Positions 33,435 through 44,705 of a DNA stretch of 64,000 nt are shown one piece after another (the stretch's first letter is position 1; each line of letters begins with the position of its first letter). Under the pieces are notes generated by a model, which did no database searches, was not told the DNA's origin, and saw nothing but the letters and a program-made list of their open reading frames with translations. Source of the stretch: Victivallales bacterium (GTDB lineage: Bacteria > Verrucomicrobiota > Lentisphaeria > Victivallales > SZUA-371); contig CAXXSX010000002.1 in the NCBI GenBank assembly GCA_963677165.2, positions 421,988 to 485,987 of the forward strand, read 5' to 3'. The translations under genes and the position numbers were made by a program.

Positions 33435-34370
33435 ATGAAAATAACTGCTACCTTTATAGATGAAATAAGTCATGATATTCCACACCAGAATTGGGGTCCA
33501 CGAGAATGGGACAAAGACTTTCAGGCCATGAAAGCCATCGGTATTGATACCGTAGTAGTAATCCGTTGTGGCTGGAAACGTTGGATGGCTTATCCCAGTA
33601 GAATACTGGCAGATAAAATTCAGGGCTATATGCCGGAAATTGACCTGATCGATCTTTTTCTGCGTTTAAGCGAGAAATATGAAATGAAACTCTTTTTAGG
33701 CTTGTATGATTCCGGCTTTTACTGGATGCAGGGCGACTGGAATAAAGAAATTGAATTAAATATGCCAGTAATCGATGAGGTTTGGGAACGTTATGGCAGC
33801 TATCCTGCTTTTGGCGGCTGGTATCTGTGCCAGGAAGTTAGCCGTAGAACCGGCAAAGTGGTCGAACTGTATGCCAAGATGGGACGTCATTGCAAGGAAA
33901 TCTCTGGCGGACTCCCCATTCTGATTTCTCCCTATATCCAGGGCAACAAGACCGGTGCCTGGGACCCTCGAGTACTTTCCGGCGAGCAGAGTATCTTGCC
34001 GGAAGATCATGAACGCGAGTGGAACAACATTCTTGATGGCTTAAAAGACATTGTGGACATCGTGGCGTTCCAAGATGGTCATGTGGACTTTTTTGAACTC
34101 AGCTCCTACTTGGAAATAAACCGTAAATTAACGGACCGGTTTAACATGCAATGCTGGACAAACTGTGAAACATTTGATCGGGAAATGCCTATCAAATTCC
34201 TGCCACTAAAATGGGAGAAGGTATTACTGAAATTGAAAGCAGCAGAACAAGCTGGAGCTTGTAAAGCGATTACTTTTGAATTCTCTCATTTTATGAGCCC
34301 AAATTCCTGCTATCCGCAAGCCCATGGACTATATAACCGTTACTGCGAATATTTTGATATCAAAGCATAA
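33435..34370 (+). CDS. DUF4434-like glycoside-hydrolase-like TIM-barrel protein, cytoplasmic
   Basis: ITATFIDEISHDIPHQNWGPREWDKDFQAMKAIGIDTVVVIR matches my recollection of the DUF4434 N-terminal pattern. No signal peptide. Confidence 0.55.
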   Translation: MKITATFIDEISHDIPHQNWGPREWDKDFQAMKAIGIDTVVVIRCGWKRWMAYPSRILADKIQGYMPEIDLIDLFLRLSEKYEMKLFLGLYDSGFYWMQGDWNKEIELNMPVIDEVWERYGSYPAFGGWYLCQEVSRRTGKVVELYAKMGRHCKEISGGLPILISPYIQGNKTGAWDPRVLSGEQSILPEDHEREWNNILDGLKDIVDIVAFQDGHVDFFELSSYLEINRKLTDRFNMQCWTNCETFDREMPIKFLPLKWEKVLLKLKAAEQAGACKAITFEFSHFMSPNSCYPQAHGLYNRYCEYFDIKA

Positions 34371-34728
34371 AGCACAAACAAACTCATTCCCCGAATCAAT
34401 TATATCTTAACATGCATGTAATAAAACGGGGAATTTCTCTTCTTCCTGTTTCTGAAACTCAAGATCTACTTACCCAAAACCCAAACTCAGAAATCATTAT
34501 GACGCCGTGGCGGAAAGTGCAAACGTGAAAGACGACTCCGCCTTATGAAGTAAAGGATGCCTTTCGACATACTTCTATATTTTTTGCCCAGACAATAAAA
34601 TGGCGGTGTGCGCGCAATTAAAACGAAAATTTCTCTGCCGGATAATTTGAATATAATATATTGGATTTGAGCACTTTGCAAGAAAGAAAGATTTTCAAGC
34701 CATCCAAAGTTCAGAAGTCTAATTGATC

Positions 34729-34962
34729 TCATTCCTTTCTGACATTCAAGCCTGCTCTATTTTCTGGAAGCGGATTTGACGGATTTCCTGAATCAAAATT
34801 TGCAGCAAGAAATAAGTCAGATGATATTTTTATCCTTTTCATGTGCGATTTTGTAGAAACTGCTGGCGGAAGCGTAGAGGCATGCCAAAATATTTTTTTG
34901 AAGGCGACAGTAAAATATGTCGGGCTTTCATAGCCACACTGTAAAGTGATTGTGTCCACCAT
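34729..34962 (-). pseudogene. AraC-family regulator remnant: C-terminal HTH only, frameshifted at an A7 run
   Basis: ...ITLQCGYESPTYFTVAFKK. Removing one A from the AAAAAAA run restores KKYFGMPLRFRQQFLQNRT-stop, a canonical AraC C-terminus. There is no N-terminal domain upstream. Confidence 0.6.
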
Positions 34963-35317
34963 AATGTTGGAATTATTGCGTTTTTATGAAATATTACAAT
35001 TCTCTACCACCAATTAATTACTCTTAGCCTTTTACTGTTTAGTCTATGAACTATCTGCTACATCATTTATGCTGAAATTCGTATTCTAAGGGAATTCAAT
35101 CAAACACAAAATAACCCAGTTAAAATACTCTGGGTATAATTGGATAAAATAAATTTACAGCAATAAATAAGCTAAAAAACCACCTTATAAAAATAAACAA
35201 ACCCAAAAGACATCAATCAAATTTGCATTTTTTTCAAGACAGATGTTGACATCTGGTTATTACAGAGGTAATCTTATTAACATAATACAGAAACAAACAG
35301 CAATAAGAGAAAACTGA

Positions 35318-36442
35318 ATGAATACGAATTACACCAAAGCTTCCGTCCAGGAGATAGCCGGACGCATCAAGTCCGATATCCGTCACGGCGGCTATATGCC
35401 AGGTAGCAAACTACCCGGCATGCGGACTTTGAGTGAGAAACTCCGAGTTGACCGCAATATCATCCGGGCAGCCCTCGACAGTCTTGAAACCCAAGGGGCA
35501 GTAACCAAAAAAGCACGCAGTGGAGTCTTTGTCTCTCCCAATATGTTTTCCAGCAATCTTCGTGAGCTTTATATTTATACACACTGTCAGGAAGGAACCA
35601 GACAAGTTTGCTATGTGGAACAGGCATTGGAACTTCATCGAAAATTCGGATACCGTCGTCGCTTCAATATAACGCTGCGTTATTCCGGCTGGAACAAAAT
35701 GTCCAAGGATTTATTGCAAAGTGAACTGCTTAAGGCACGGACAGGCAATGCCACTATTCTCGTGATCAGCGGCGCCATAATTGATGAAGAAAAGCTCGAG
35801 ATTTTAAATAAAATGGAGCTACCGTATTTGGTGATAGGAGAGAGCCAGCATGATCTATCTCGCTTTCGTTTCAATCAGGTATATGCCAGCTGCGCGGCAA
35901 AGGGAATGGATATCGGTAATTTCATAATCCGTAGTCCTTATCAAAATATCGCCTACTTCGCCGTTCCCCAAAATACAATGACCTATGAGGAAGAATATAT
36001 CGATATACTCAAAAAGTATATGAGAAATTCTGAAAAAGAACTAATCGTGAAACGTTTGCAATATGACCAGCATCTTCGGGCCAAATGCTCCCGCTATTAT
36101 GAGGTGGCTGTACGGGAACTGTTGGCTTCGGGCTCACGCCCCGACCTGCTTCATTTTTCGGACGAAATCGATGTTCAGGCTATTGCCCGAATTGTAGGGG
36201 AATACGGACTGCGCGTTCCAGAAGATGTCAACATTCTAGCTTGCTCCCAAAGCATGAAAAATCCAATTCCTGGAATTTTTGTGGTCCAGACTGACTTTGA
36301 TAAATTTGCCAACGAAGTTTTCGATCTATGTGAAAAAATTGCCGATGGAAAATGTGAACCAGAAAAACACAATCTCACACATCTAGTTTCCAATGAAATT
36401 TTGGAACTTAATTTCCAAAATCTCATAAAATTATTCTATTGA
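35318..36442 (+). CDS. GntR-type HTH regulator with a C-terminal PBP-like domain
   Basis: GSKLPGMRTLSEKLRVDRNIIRAALDSLETQGAVTKKARSGVFV is a GntR winged helix. 374 aa. Confidence 0.75.
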   Translation: MNTNYTKASVQEIAGRIKSDIRHGGYMPGSKLPGMRTLSEKLRVDRNIIRAALDSLETQGAVTKKARSGVFVSPNMFSSNLRELYIYTHCQEGTRQVCYVEQALELHRKFGYRRRFNITLRYSGWNKMSKDLLQSELLKARTGNATILVISGAIIDEEKLEILNKMELPYLVIGESQHDLSRFRFNQVYASCAAKGMDIGNFIIRSPYQNIAYFAVPQNTMTYEEEYIDILKKYMRNSEKELIVKRLQYDQHLRAKCSRYYEVAVRELLASGSRPDLLHFSDEIDVQAIARIVGEYGLRVPEDVNILACSQSMKNPIPGIFVVQTDFDKFANEVFDLCEKIADGKCEPEKHNLTHLVSNEILELNFQNLIKLFY

Positions 36443-36704
36443 AGAAATGAAAAAAGCAGATAAAGATTTAATTCTGAACCAATGAACATCATGAGAATAT
36501 TCGCTGATTCAAGTTAATAGAACATTAGAGGGAATGCATAAAATCGAGTATAATTCATTCGTGACGCTGGCTAAAAACTTAATAACATAAATATGTTCAG
36601 TTTTTTAGATAGATATTCAAGAGGTAATTTCTTGCTTCAATTATCACTAAAAAATCAACGCCTAAACGTCAATTTTCTTAACAAAATAACAAAACGAGGG
36701 TTTT

Positions 36705-37373
36705 ATGAAGAAAAAATACTTCACACTGGTCGAGCTCCTTATAGTGATTGCAATTATCGCAATTCTTGCAGCAATGTTACTCCCAGCATTGAACAAAGCC
36801 CGAAAGCGAGCCAGGAGCATTACCTGTTTGAATGCATTGAGGACTAGCGGTCAATTTTTCTGTATGTACACCAATGACTTCAACGGAGTTCTTCCGTCAC
36901 AGGATGCGACGAGTGGGACAGGGCGTTGGATTTCTGTAATGAGTATGCTGTACTACGGAGCTAAGTCTACCGATTACGCAAGCACGCGCAGCACTATTGC
37001 CGGACGCAAAGGCTTCCGCTGTCCTGAAAACGCCACGAAGGCCACCGTCCAGGCATGGACTGAACGGGTTAATTACGGGATGAACAACCTGTTAGGTGGG
37101 GCCGGGAATGCTAAAAATCATTTTCCAATCAATAAAGCAAGAGCACCATCACAAACATTGGTAATAGGAGACGGTCAGTGGAGTGACTCCGGCTGGTTCA
37201 ATAGTCATTTGACAACTAATGGCAGTAGCTATGCAGAGATGCTGGTTCAGGGGCCATCCATTATTCATCAAAACCAAACCTCCATTCTTATGATTGATGG
37301 GCATGTAGAACGGAGAACATTGCATAATATACCTTTATCTCCAACACACACGTTTTGGACAGGGTTAAATTAA
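36705..37373 (+). CDS. Pseudopilin-like protein (prepilin-type N-terminus plus H-X9-DG)
   Basis: [29 protein letters not shown] at the N-terminus, [15 protein letters not shown] at the C-terminus. Confidence 0.85.
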   Translation: MKKKYFTLVELLIVIAIIAILAAMLLPALNKARKRARSITCLNALRTSGQFFCMYTNDFNGVLPSQDATSGTGRWISVMSMLYYGAKSTDYASTRSTIAGRKGFRCPENATKATVQAWTERVNYGMNNLLGGAGNAKNHFPINKARAPSQTLVIGDGQWSDSGWFNSHLTTNGSSYAEMLVQGPSIIHQNQTSILMIDGHVERRTLHNIPLSPTHTFWTGLN

Positions 37374-37387
37374 CAAGGGAGATATTA

Positions 37388-40300
37388 ATGAAAAAAAATA
37401 TTTATATAATTCTATCATTCTTTACAGTAGCATTATGTCAAGGGAAAGAATGGAGTAATGGAGAGTTTATCACCGTCTCTAGTAATGGCACACTGCATAT
37501 TGGTTCACAATTCTTTGAATTGCAACACTGGGGGAAAGACTGGAAACATTCCCGTCAAAGCAACACTAAAACAATGGATGTGAATAAGAAAGCAGCAAAT
37601 GAACTCCAACTCCAAGGATTCTGGAATGTCCATGGTGGGAAATTCTTATTGCATGAGACTGTGAATTCTATAGATCATAATTCAATTAATTATAAGATAA
37701 AGCTAAAATCTGATAAACCTTGCATGACTATGGCACTGTCATTATGTACCACAATGTTTTTAAAAGATGCCCTGAATCACCAGATTGTAGCAAATGGGAA
37801 AAACATCAATTTTGAAAAAGAGTTCAACTTTAAAAAATGGCAAAAGAAGTTGACTGATGTACGAAAACTTCAGCTGGAGCTGCCCCAAGGGACTGCAATT
37901 ATCACGGGGGAATTTGATCTCATTTTGCAAGATAACCGTAAATTTGCAAAAAACACCTGGGAACTGCGAATCCTTTGCAACTCATCCGACAAAGCCATTA
38001 GCAACGCCTCTTTAGAGCTTAATATAAAACTGATACCCCACCATTCCACAATTGTTCCACTAAACCAATATGTAAACATGGGCTTTGCGGACAACTGCGC
38101 TGATGACCATAAAGGGGGCTGGACTGATCAAGGTCCAGACAACGATCTCAGAATGCTACCAGTAGGCGAACTTAACTGTGCGGGCATACCATTTGAAATT
38201 ATTAACCCAGCCACAAACAAAGGGCGTAGCTGCCTTGTATTGCGTGGTAAACAGCGAAGATGGCTACCTGCGTCCGCTGAAATAGATATTCAAAAACCTA
38301 CAGAGGCAAAATATCTGTACGTCTTAAATGCCATCGCCTGGCCTCCAGAGAAGTCGACAGAAATCGGAGAAATCACTTGTGAATACATCGAAGACCATAA
38401 CGTCGCGGAAGTAAAAAAAGTATTTCCGGTAATAAGAGGAAAGAATGTCGGAAATTTCTGGATGCCCCCCCCTTTATCACATGCAGCATTGGGCTGGGAG
38501 GGACGGAATGCCTCTGCCAGAGTAGGGTTGTATGTCAGTTGTTACGAACTATCAGGAAAACCAGTAAAAAAAATCCGTTTTGAAAGTAAAGGCAATGCCG
38601 TTTGGATGATTGTCGGCGTTACATTTTCTGATCGAATTTTAATAAAAAAAACACCAGATAGGCCAGTCATTATAAAAGCGGACCAAGAGTGGCTTCCTAC
38701 CAAAAACCTTCGTCCCGTTATTCCTGGCAGCATTCTTGATTTTTCCAACCTTCTGGATGCACCTGCGGGAAAACATGGATTTACTCATGCAATCAACGGA
38801 CATCTGGAATTTGAGAAACGCCCAGGAGTATCGGCGCGCTTTTATGGTGCTAATATTGCCTTTTCAACAAACTTCATGGACAAAAAGAATATTGACCGCA
38901 TGGCCGACGAATTTGCATCAACCGGATACAATATCGTCCGACTGCATCACTTCGACCGTGATTTAGCTGAGCGCCGTGATGGAAGTTCTACTAATTTGAA
39001 CTCTGAACGCATAGATTGCATGGATTATCTGATTTCCGCATTTAAAAGGCGCGGAATATATATAACTCTTGATTTATTTATTATTCGCCATTTTGAAAAG
39101 GGCGAAATCTCAGCCTTTCCCAACCGAAAACTTTCCTGCAATGAAGTAAAAGCGTTGTTGTTTATCAATAAAGATGTCCGAGAAAATGTGGAAAGTTTTG
39201 GAGAAAACTTACTTAATCATATAAACCCATATACCAAACTGGCGTGGAAAGACGACCCGGCGATTGTCTCAATCAGTCTTGTCAATGAAGATACCATTTT
39301 CAGTGTAGCCCCCCGGATTCCATGGATCAAGAAAATTTACGAAAAATGTTTTGATAAATATGTCAATGAAAAAAAATTAACAATCACATCTCAAAACAGA
39401 ACGAAATATTGGAAAATATTCCTATCTGACACATATCGCAAGGCATATGCGTTGATGTCAAAAAAATTTCAGGATCTTGGAGTCAGGACCTTATTAACAG
39501 ATCAAAATTACTGGAATAACATTGCGACGACATTATTGCGCGAAGACTATGACATTGCGGACAATCACTTTTACTGGGGACACCCGACTTTTCTGGAAAA
39601 CCGCTGGAAACTTCCGGCAATTGTGGAGCCCGGAAGCTCAATAAGTTGTTATGCTGGAGGATTAAACCAGATGTTTCCAATTCGTATATTCGGAAAGCCA
39701 TTTTCGATCACAGAATGGAATTATGTTAACCCGAATAAGCACAACGTTGAAGGAGCATTTCTAGTAGGGGCATACAGCGCATTACAAGATTGGAGTTTGT
39801 TATGTCGCTTTGCGTATTCACATAGTGCAGCAAAAGTAAACAACGACCAAACTCCAATCCAATTTTTTGATACTGCAGGAGACCCATTACGTTTGCTTTC
39901 CGAGCGCGCAGGAGTTGTAGCGTTTTTGCGCGGAGATGTTGCTACATCCAAAGCTGCATATCCATGCATAATTCCGCGTGACTATCTAAAGAATTACGAG
40001 AATGATACTTATCCTACACTAATAAAACGCATGGGATTAATCGGTCGAACAGGTACACTTCTGATTAGCGACAATAAAGACCTGACTTTGCCAAAAGGAT
40101 GCCGAGCTCTGATTGCATTAAATGAGTACAAGCTCAAAAATTCGCCTGTTCCAATTATTTGTAGCAACGACACTGAAGCTGCTTTCCGAAAAATGCAAAA
40201 AGATGGTATTATTTCGGCCAGAGAATGGAACTGGGAGCAAAATCGCTTTGAAAGTACCACTGGAGAACTGGTTTTGCACCGCAATGACGGTACTTTTCGT

Positions 40301-40735
40301 CAAATAACTCGAAAAAGCGAAGCCTTTGTCCTTGGAGCGGAGCAAAAATTGTCAGGTAACTTTGCCGCTGTGAAAAACAAACTATCTTTTGCCGGAATTT
40401 TAATTGCCAGCTGGGATAATAAAGCATTAACTGAAAGTAAACGTATTCTCATTTTACACTTAACAGACACCAAAAATACCGGTATAAAATTCAAAAACAG
40501 CAACCTTGCAATTCTTGAATCATGGGGAAAAACACCACTGCTGATTCGACGTGGTGAGGTCGATTTAACTTTGACTGGAAATATGGCAGGCTTCAATCTT
40601 TACGGTGTTGATTGGACTGGAAAACGAATTTGCAGAATTCCATTGTCACACTCAAAAAATAAGTGGAGGGCCAAACTTACAACACAAAACGGAAATAATG
40701 TTATTGCGGCCTATGAGTTGGTGAAAGAACCATGA
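37388..40735 (+). CDS. Secreted 1115-aa putative clan GH-A (GH5-like TIM barrel) glycoside hydrolase with a large N-terminal beta-rich region
   Basis: From the ATG at 37388 (AGGGAG RBS): signal peptide MKKNIYIILSFFTVALCQG. YNIVRLHHFD, SLVNEDT (NE acid/base-like) and SITEWNY (nucleophile-like) are spaced as in clan GH-A. Confidence 0.55.
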   Translation: MKKNIYIILSFFTVALCQGKEWSNGEFITVSSNGTLHIGSQFFELQHWGKDWKHSRQSNTKTMDVNKKAANELQLQGFWNVHGGKFLLHETVNSIDHNSINYKIKLKSDKPCMTMALSLCTTMFLKDALNHQIVANGKNINFEKEFNFKKWQKKLTDVRKLQLELPQGTAIITGEFDLILQDNRKFAKNTWELRILCNSSDKAISNASLELNIKLIPHHSTIVPLNQYVNMGFADNCADDHKGGWTDQGPDNDLRMLPVGELNCAGIPFEIINPATNKGRSCLVLRGKQRRWLPASAEIDIQKPTEAKYLYVLNAIAWPPEKSTEIGEITCEYIEDHNVAEVKKVFPVIRGKNVGNFWMPPPLSHAALGWEGRNASARVGLYVSCYELSGKPVKKIRFESKGNAVWMIVGVTFSDRILIKKTPDRPVIIKADQEWLPTKNLRPVIPGSILDFSNLLDAPAGKHGFTHAINGHLEFEKRPGVSARFYGANIAFSTNFMDKKNIDRMADEFASTGYNIVRLHHFDRDLAERRDGSSTNLNSERIDCMDYLISAFKRRGIYITLDLFIIRHFEKGEISAFPNRKLSCNEVKALLFINKDVRENVESFGENLLNHINPYTKLAWKDDPAIVSISLVNEDTIFSVAPRIPWIKKIYEKCFDKYVNEKKLTITSQNRTKYWKIFLSDTYRKAYALMSKKFQDLGVRTLLTDQNYWNNIATTLLREDYDIADNHFYWGHPTFLENRWKLPAIVEPGSSISCYAGGLNQMFPIRIFGKPFSITEWNYVNPNKHNVEGAFLVGAYSALQDWSLLCRFAYSHSAAKVNNDQTPIQFFDTAGDPLRLLSERAGVVAFLRGDVATSKAAYPCIIPRDYLKNYENDTYPTLIKRMGLIGRTGTLLISDNKDLTLPKGCRALIALNEYKLKNSPVPIICSNDTEAAFRKMQKDGIISAREWNWEQNRFESTTGELVLHRNDGTFRQITRKSEAFVLGAEQKLSGNFAAVKNKLSFAGILIASWDNKALTESKRILILHLTDTKNTGIKFKNSNLAILESWGKTPLLIRRGEVDLTLTGNMAGFNLYGVDWTGKRICRIPLSHSKNKWRAKLTTQNGNNVIAAYELVKEP

Positions 40736-41420
40736 TTATTCATCTCATTGCAAGAATGACAATATTCTTGACGCTCCGGTGCCAGATTTACAGTAAAATT
40801 AAACTATTTCCAGAGGAGAACCAATACTCTTCTCCATTAATAAATAACGTGTACCCAGAAGGTACAAGACAACTAAGAGAATTTGCCGTTTAGAGAGAGA
40901 ATGAGGAGAGATATAGGACGATTCGCTCGTTCTCCAAGGTACATCTGCGCGGCCGCTGTAACTTCAAAACCTTTTGATACAATGAAACATACAAAAGAAT
41001 AAGATTCATGGAATATATTGAAGAGAAACGGGATAAAAATAAAATGGCGGTGTATCCGGGCTTAAAAACAACCGCTCTTTAGATGACAAAAATCGCGCAA
41101 CATATTCAAAACAAAGCTCTCACATCAAAGGAAATTCTTGTTAACATTTTTCCATTAGAGGAAATTATTTTAAATCTATGAGTTTATTGGCTTCCTTTTC
41201 TCTCTACTGGAAAATTATTCTTAGTTTACACCCAATTACAATATTTGGTATAATCCGATATGACAGAAAAAAAACTGAGATCATCCATTGAATCTATTGA
41301 TTGAGTTTTGGACCATACATTCAAAAAAACAGAACGAGACAGGCCAATAATTAGTTACAGATATTTGTTCTCCTTCTTAAAATAACTTTATCTAATCAGC
41401 ACCCAGGAATAAGAGAATTA

Positions 41421-43238
41421 TTAAATATTTTGAAAGACATTTTTAAACTTTACATCAGCATTTGTAAATTCTGCGGCATATTCAAGGTCGTGCCATTCCA
41501 TGAGTCCCGGCAAACAGACAGCCATTGACGGAGAATGTTCTGATTGACGGTTGTCACAATACAATATTGATTTCGGAATGCCGTCAAGAATTACTGATAT
41601 AATGTTATCATCCTCAAGTACGGCTGAGAAAAGAGCGGCGGGACCACTGTCGTAATAACCATATAGTTCAACTGATGAATTGGGGAGCATGTCCCGTACA
41701 AACTTTGCCGCAAGCAGCCAGTCTTCTGTCCATTCCCCCATCAAACGTCTTCCGAGCCACATTAAGGCGCGAGATAAATTATGTTGTTTATAATGAACTG
41801 GAAATTCTTCTTTGGCTTCACCTTGTTCGCCAACTCCAAAATGTTCGAAAACTAGAATGGAATCTTCGGAATCCTCAAATACAGGTTTTCCTTCGCTGGA
41901 CGCGATGATCCGGCAATTCCGGTTAGTACCTTTTTTGAATAGCACAGGTAACTGGCGTCTTTTCTTGTCTTCAATAAGATACTTATGGAAAATACCAGAA
42001 GAAAAAAGGTCATAAGTTTCAACGATTTCCACATCAGTAATTTTAAGGATCTGTTTCAAATCATCACTTGAGGCATGCGGACATGGCTTGATCGCGGATT
42101 TTGCTTCCGTGACAAATTCAGGAATGCTTTTTATACCTCTGAAACGTTTTTTGTCTGGAAATGCCCAAAGTGATTCTTCCTCAAGTGGAGTATATTTTGT
42201 TACAAGCGGAGTGCCATCTCCTTCATCCTTCAATTCTTTGAGAAAGAATCCGGTCATGGCTTCCATGGTTTCCGGAAAATAACCGTGTGGAGTATTGAAT
42301 GCCTGACTTGTTAATTTGCCATTAGCGCCGAGAGCCTTATAGACTTTGCGCGCTTCGCTGATCGTTCGATGTGATTCAGTAACTCCAAAAGTACGATTAA
42401 TATCCTGGAGCGCATTACAGATATTCAAGCGCCGTGGCGCGGTCAAAGCGATAACCGCAGATTCCTCACAAAAATCCAGTCCGTCCGGAATCAGCTCGCA
42501 AATACAGTTTGTGCCACAAACATAAGACTGATATGAACCGACGCTGGCAACAGGCATTGACGCCTTGATTCGTTCGTCAAACGCCGCGAGGTACATTGTT
42601 TGATTGCCGCCGCCCGAGGCGCCGGTCGCACCAATATTTTCCTTATCCACATAAGACAGGGAACAAAGCAGGTCTATCCCGCGCATGTTATCGGATAGTT
42701 GCATGCCAATAAGGCTTTCATTGATACTGAATAAGGCACCTCCTAAAAATGCTCCGTGATAAGTGTATTCACCATATTCAGGAGTACGTTCGCCAGCACC
42801 GAAAGCATCAGGAGACAGTACCACAAATCCGTGCTGTACTAGAATATGCGCCCGGGCCTGAACCTCGGCCGCCAAATGACCTTGTAAATAATGTCCATGC
42901 ATATTTATCACAGCAGGAAAAGGTCCGTCTCCCTTTGGAATATAAAGAGCCGCACTTACATATAAATTTTCCCGTGATTGATACGCTATTTTTTTTATGA
43001 TATAGGTTCCACAGTCGATGTCGCCATATTCACGCACGTCTAAAGCACAATTAGGATAATATTTGAACCTGATCGCCTGCTTTATTTGACTGATGATTCG
43101 GGGACGCATTGTTTCCCATTCCTCTACGGTTTCCGGCAACTGAAAACGATGAAAGCGTTTCCCAGCCTCAATTCGTAGTTCACCTTGAACGTCTTCGCCC
43201 GACATAGCTTCCGTCCAAATATTCTTCTCAAAATTCAT
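41421..43238 (-). CDS. Alpha/beta-hydrolase, acetyl-xylan-esterase / dienelactone-hydrolase-like (putative carbohydrate esterase), cytoplasmic
   Basis: PFPAVINMHGH..., GATGASGGGNQT (the GxSxG motif). 605 aa, no signal peptide. Confidence 0.6.
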   Translation of the reverse strand: MNFEKNIWTEAMSGEDVQGELRIEAGKRFHRFQLPETVEEWETMRPRIISQIKQAIRFKYYPNCALDVREYGDIDCGTYIIKKIAYQSRENLYVSAALYIPKGDGPFPAVINMHGHYLQGHLAAEVQARAHILVQHGFVVLSPDAFGAGERTPEYGEYTYHGAFLGGALFSINESLIGMQLSDNMRGIDLLCSLSYVDKENIGATGASGGGNQTMYLAAFDERIKASMPVASVGSYQSYVCGTNCICELIPDGLDFCEESAVIALTAPRRLNICNALQDINRTFGVTESHRTISEARKVYKALGANGKLTSQAFNTPHGYFPETMEAMTGFFLKELKDEGDGTPLVTKYTPLEEESLWAFPDKKRFRGIKSIPEFVTEAKSAIKPCPHASSDDLKQILKITDVEIVETYDLFSSGIFHKYLIEDKKRRQLPVLFKKGTNRNCRIIASSEGKPVFEDSEDSILVFEHFGVGEQGEAKEEFPVHYKQHNLSRALMWLGRRLMGEWTEDWLLAAKFVRDMLPNSSVELYGYYDSGPAALFSAVLEDDNIISVILDGIPKSILYCDNRQSEHSPSMAVCLPGLMEWHDLEYAAEFTNADVKFKNVFQNI

Positions 43239-43305
43239 TATTTTTCCTTAGCTATGATTCGTTGCTGTAAATTTTTATCTGGATATCGTTTATAATGCAC
43301 GAATT

Positions 43306-44502
43306 TCACAATAATTCAAGCATGTTAACCATCCGGTGTTCCCGACGAGAGATTTCTGCGGCTTGTCCAATCGCAGTTGCCAGCAAACCATGCTGTGTAG
43401 TTGCCTTGTTTGGTGTTTTCCCGGAAAGGACCTGTAGAAAATTATCAACCAGTATCGGATCAGCGCCTCCGTGACCTTTATCTGAATTCTCAACTTTATA
43501 TTCAAGTTCGGGCTTATTCCAGCGAGGAATTATGGTGATTTTGCGTTTTTCAAGGCTAACCTCTGCCTGTCCGCGATCACCAACAATCGTAAATATGCGA
43601 TCACAGATTGAAGAAACAAAACATTCCATATGGCTGGCCTTGATTCCTCCGGCATATTCTACGATAGCAATACCATTATCATGTGTATCTTTTTCCGAGG
43701 TATACATACAACAATCCCGATAATAGCCATCAAATTCTGCCGCTTGATTTTGCCACAGATCATCCTGCAGATTTTCTATATCGAATACGTCAGGGCATAT
43801 TTCACGATATGGACAAACTCGGCAAGTCGGACCAATATCAAGGTCTGATTTAACCTCAAACGGAATTTTATCCGCAGAAAAGGCGTTAACAGCAGCAAAA
43901 GCACTGACTCGCTCTGGTTTGGGAAAATTCAGCAACCAATTGAAAATATCAAAATCATGACTGCCTTTGTGAATCCACAATCCACCGCTTTTACTGTAAA
44001 AACGATTCCAGCGTGACATATAGGTCCTTCCTTCATCGTAAAACTCCTGGTTTTGAATCAGAAAAATTTTACCGAGGACGTCATTATCAATCAGCTCTTT
44101 TAATTTAACCAGAACAGGGTGATGCCGCAAATTAAACCCCATCATAACCAACAGGTTATTTTTCTCGGCAGCATTGATGATTTTATGACATCCTTCAACT
44201 GTTGTTGCCAGAGGTTTATCAATCAAAACATTGACCCCATTATTTAAAGCTGAAATGGCGTTTTCTTCATGACAATAATCTGGACTTGTAATGACTACTG
44301 CATCCAGTTCTTCTGAACGGAACATTTCTTCAGTAGTGTCATAGTGTTGCGGTTTTATATTTAATAGGTCACTGGCACATTGAAGCCTTACATGATTAGG
44401 GTCGCAAAGAGCTGAAATCTTGACATTCTCTGCTTCCTTTAATAGTTCTCCGAAACATTTAATTCCTCGGTGTCCACAACCAATTATTCCAATTTTAAGC
44501 AT
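43306..44502 (-). CDS. Gfo/Idh/MocA-family NAD(P)-dependent oxidoreductase
   Basis: MLKIGIIGCGHRG Rossmann motif. The ...DAVVITSPDYCHEE...VLIDKPLA pattern fits the family. Confidence 0.85.
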   Translation of the reverse strand: MLKIGIIGCGHRGIKCFGELLKEAENVKISALCDPNHVRLQCASDLLNIKPQHYDTTEEMFRSEELDAVVITSPDYCHEENAISALNNGVNVLIDKPLATTVEGCHKIINAAEKNNLLVMMGFNLRHHPVLVKLKELIDNDVLGKIFLIQNQEFYDEGRTYMSRWNRFYSKSGGLWIHKGSHDFDIFNWLLNFPKPERVSAFAAVNAFSADKIPFEVKSDLDIGPTCRVCPYREICPDVFDIENLQDDLWQNQAAEFDGYYRDCCMYTSEKDTHDNGIAIVEYAGGIKASHMECFVSSICDRIFTIVGDRGQAEVSLEKRKITIIPRWNKPELEYKVENSDKGHGGADPILVDNFLQVLSGKTPNKATTQHGLLATAIGQAAEISRREHRMVNMLELL

Positions 44503-44705
44503 AAAAATCTTCCTTAAATTATTGTCCGTACGACGAACGGCGTTTCTACCGCTTCAAACTCCAGTCGCTAAAGCTCCTTGCGGAAGCGGAAATTAAATAT
44601 GTTGGGTCAATACTTCGCCCCTTGGGGCGTTTTCTAAAAAAAATTGTGATAAGCTTTTGTTTAAAGCGTTTCCAATACCTCGTATGCTTGCATTGAGATA
44701 ATTTA

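Noticed and set aside
34487-34732. 81-aa minus-strand ORF downstream of the AraC remnant, considered as a transposase or regulator fragment
   Set aside because: No recognisable motif beyond a short TPPFY match to the other gap. No RBS. It probably reads through decayed sequence. It is kept only as part of the direct-repeat observation.
34601-41060. TGGCGGTGT... at 34601 and 41045 considered as 3' ends of minus-strand tRNA genes or att remnants
   Set aside because: No T arm (TTCGAA-type loop with a complementary stem) or cloverleaf can be built downstream of either copy.
44503-44705. Hairpins between nagA and the oxidoreductase gene (CGCCCC-TTG-GGGGCG plus T-run; CCGCTTC...GAAGCGG), considered as a riboswitch or REP
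   Set aside because: The GC hairpin plus T-run is oriented for the plus strand while both flanking genes are on the minus strand. There is no GTAG head and no similarity to the 26.1-kb REP-like units. I could not match any known riboswitch core by eye, so it is left uncalled.
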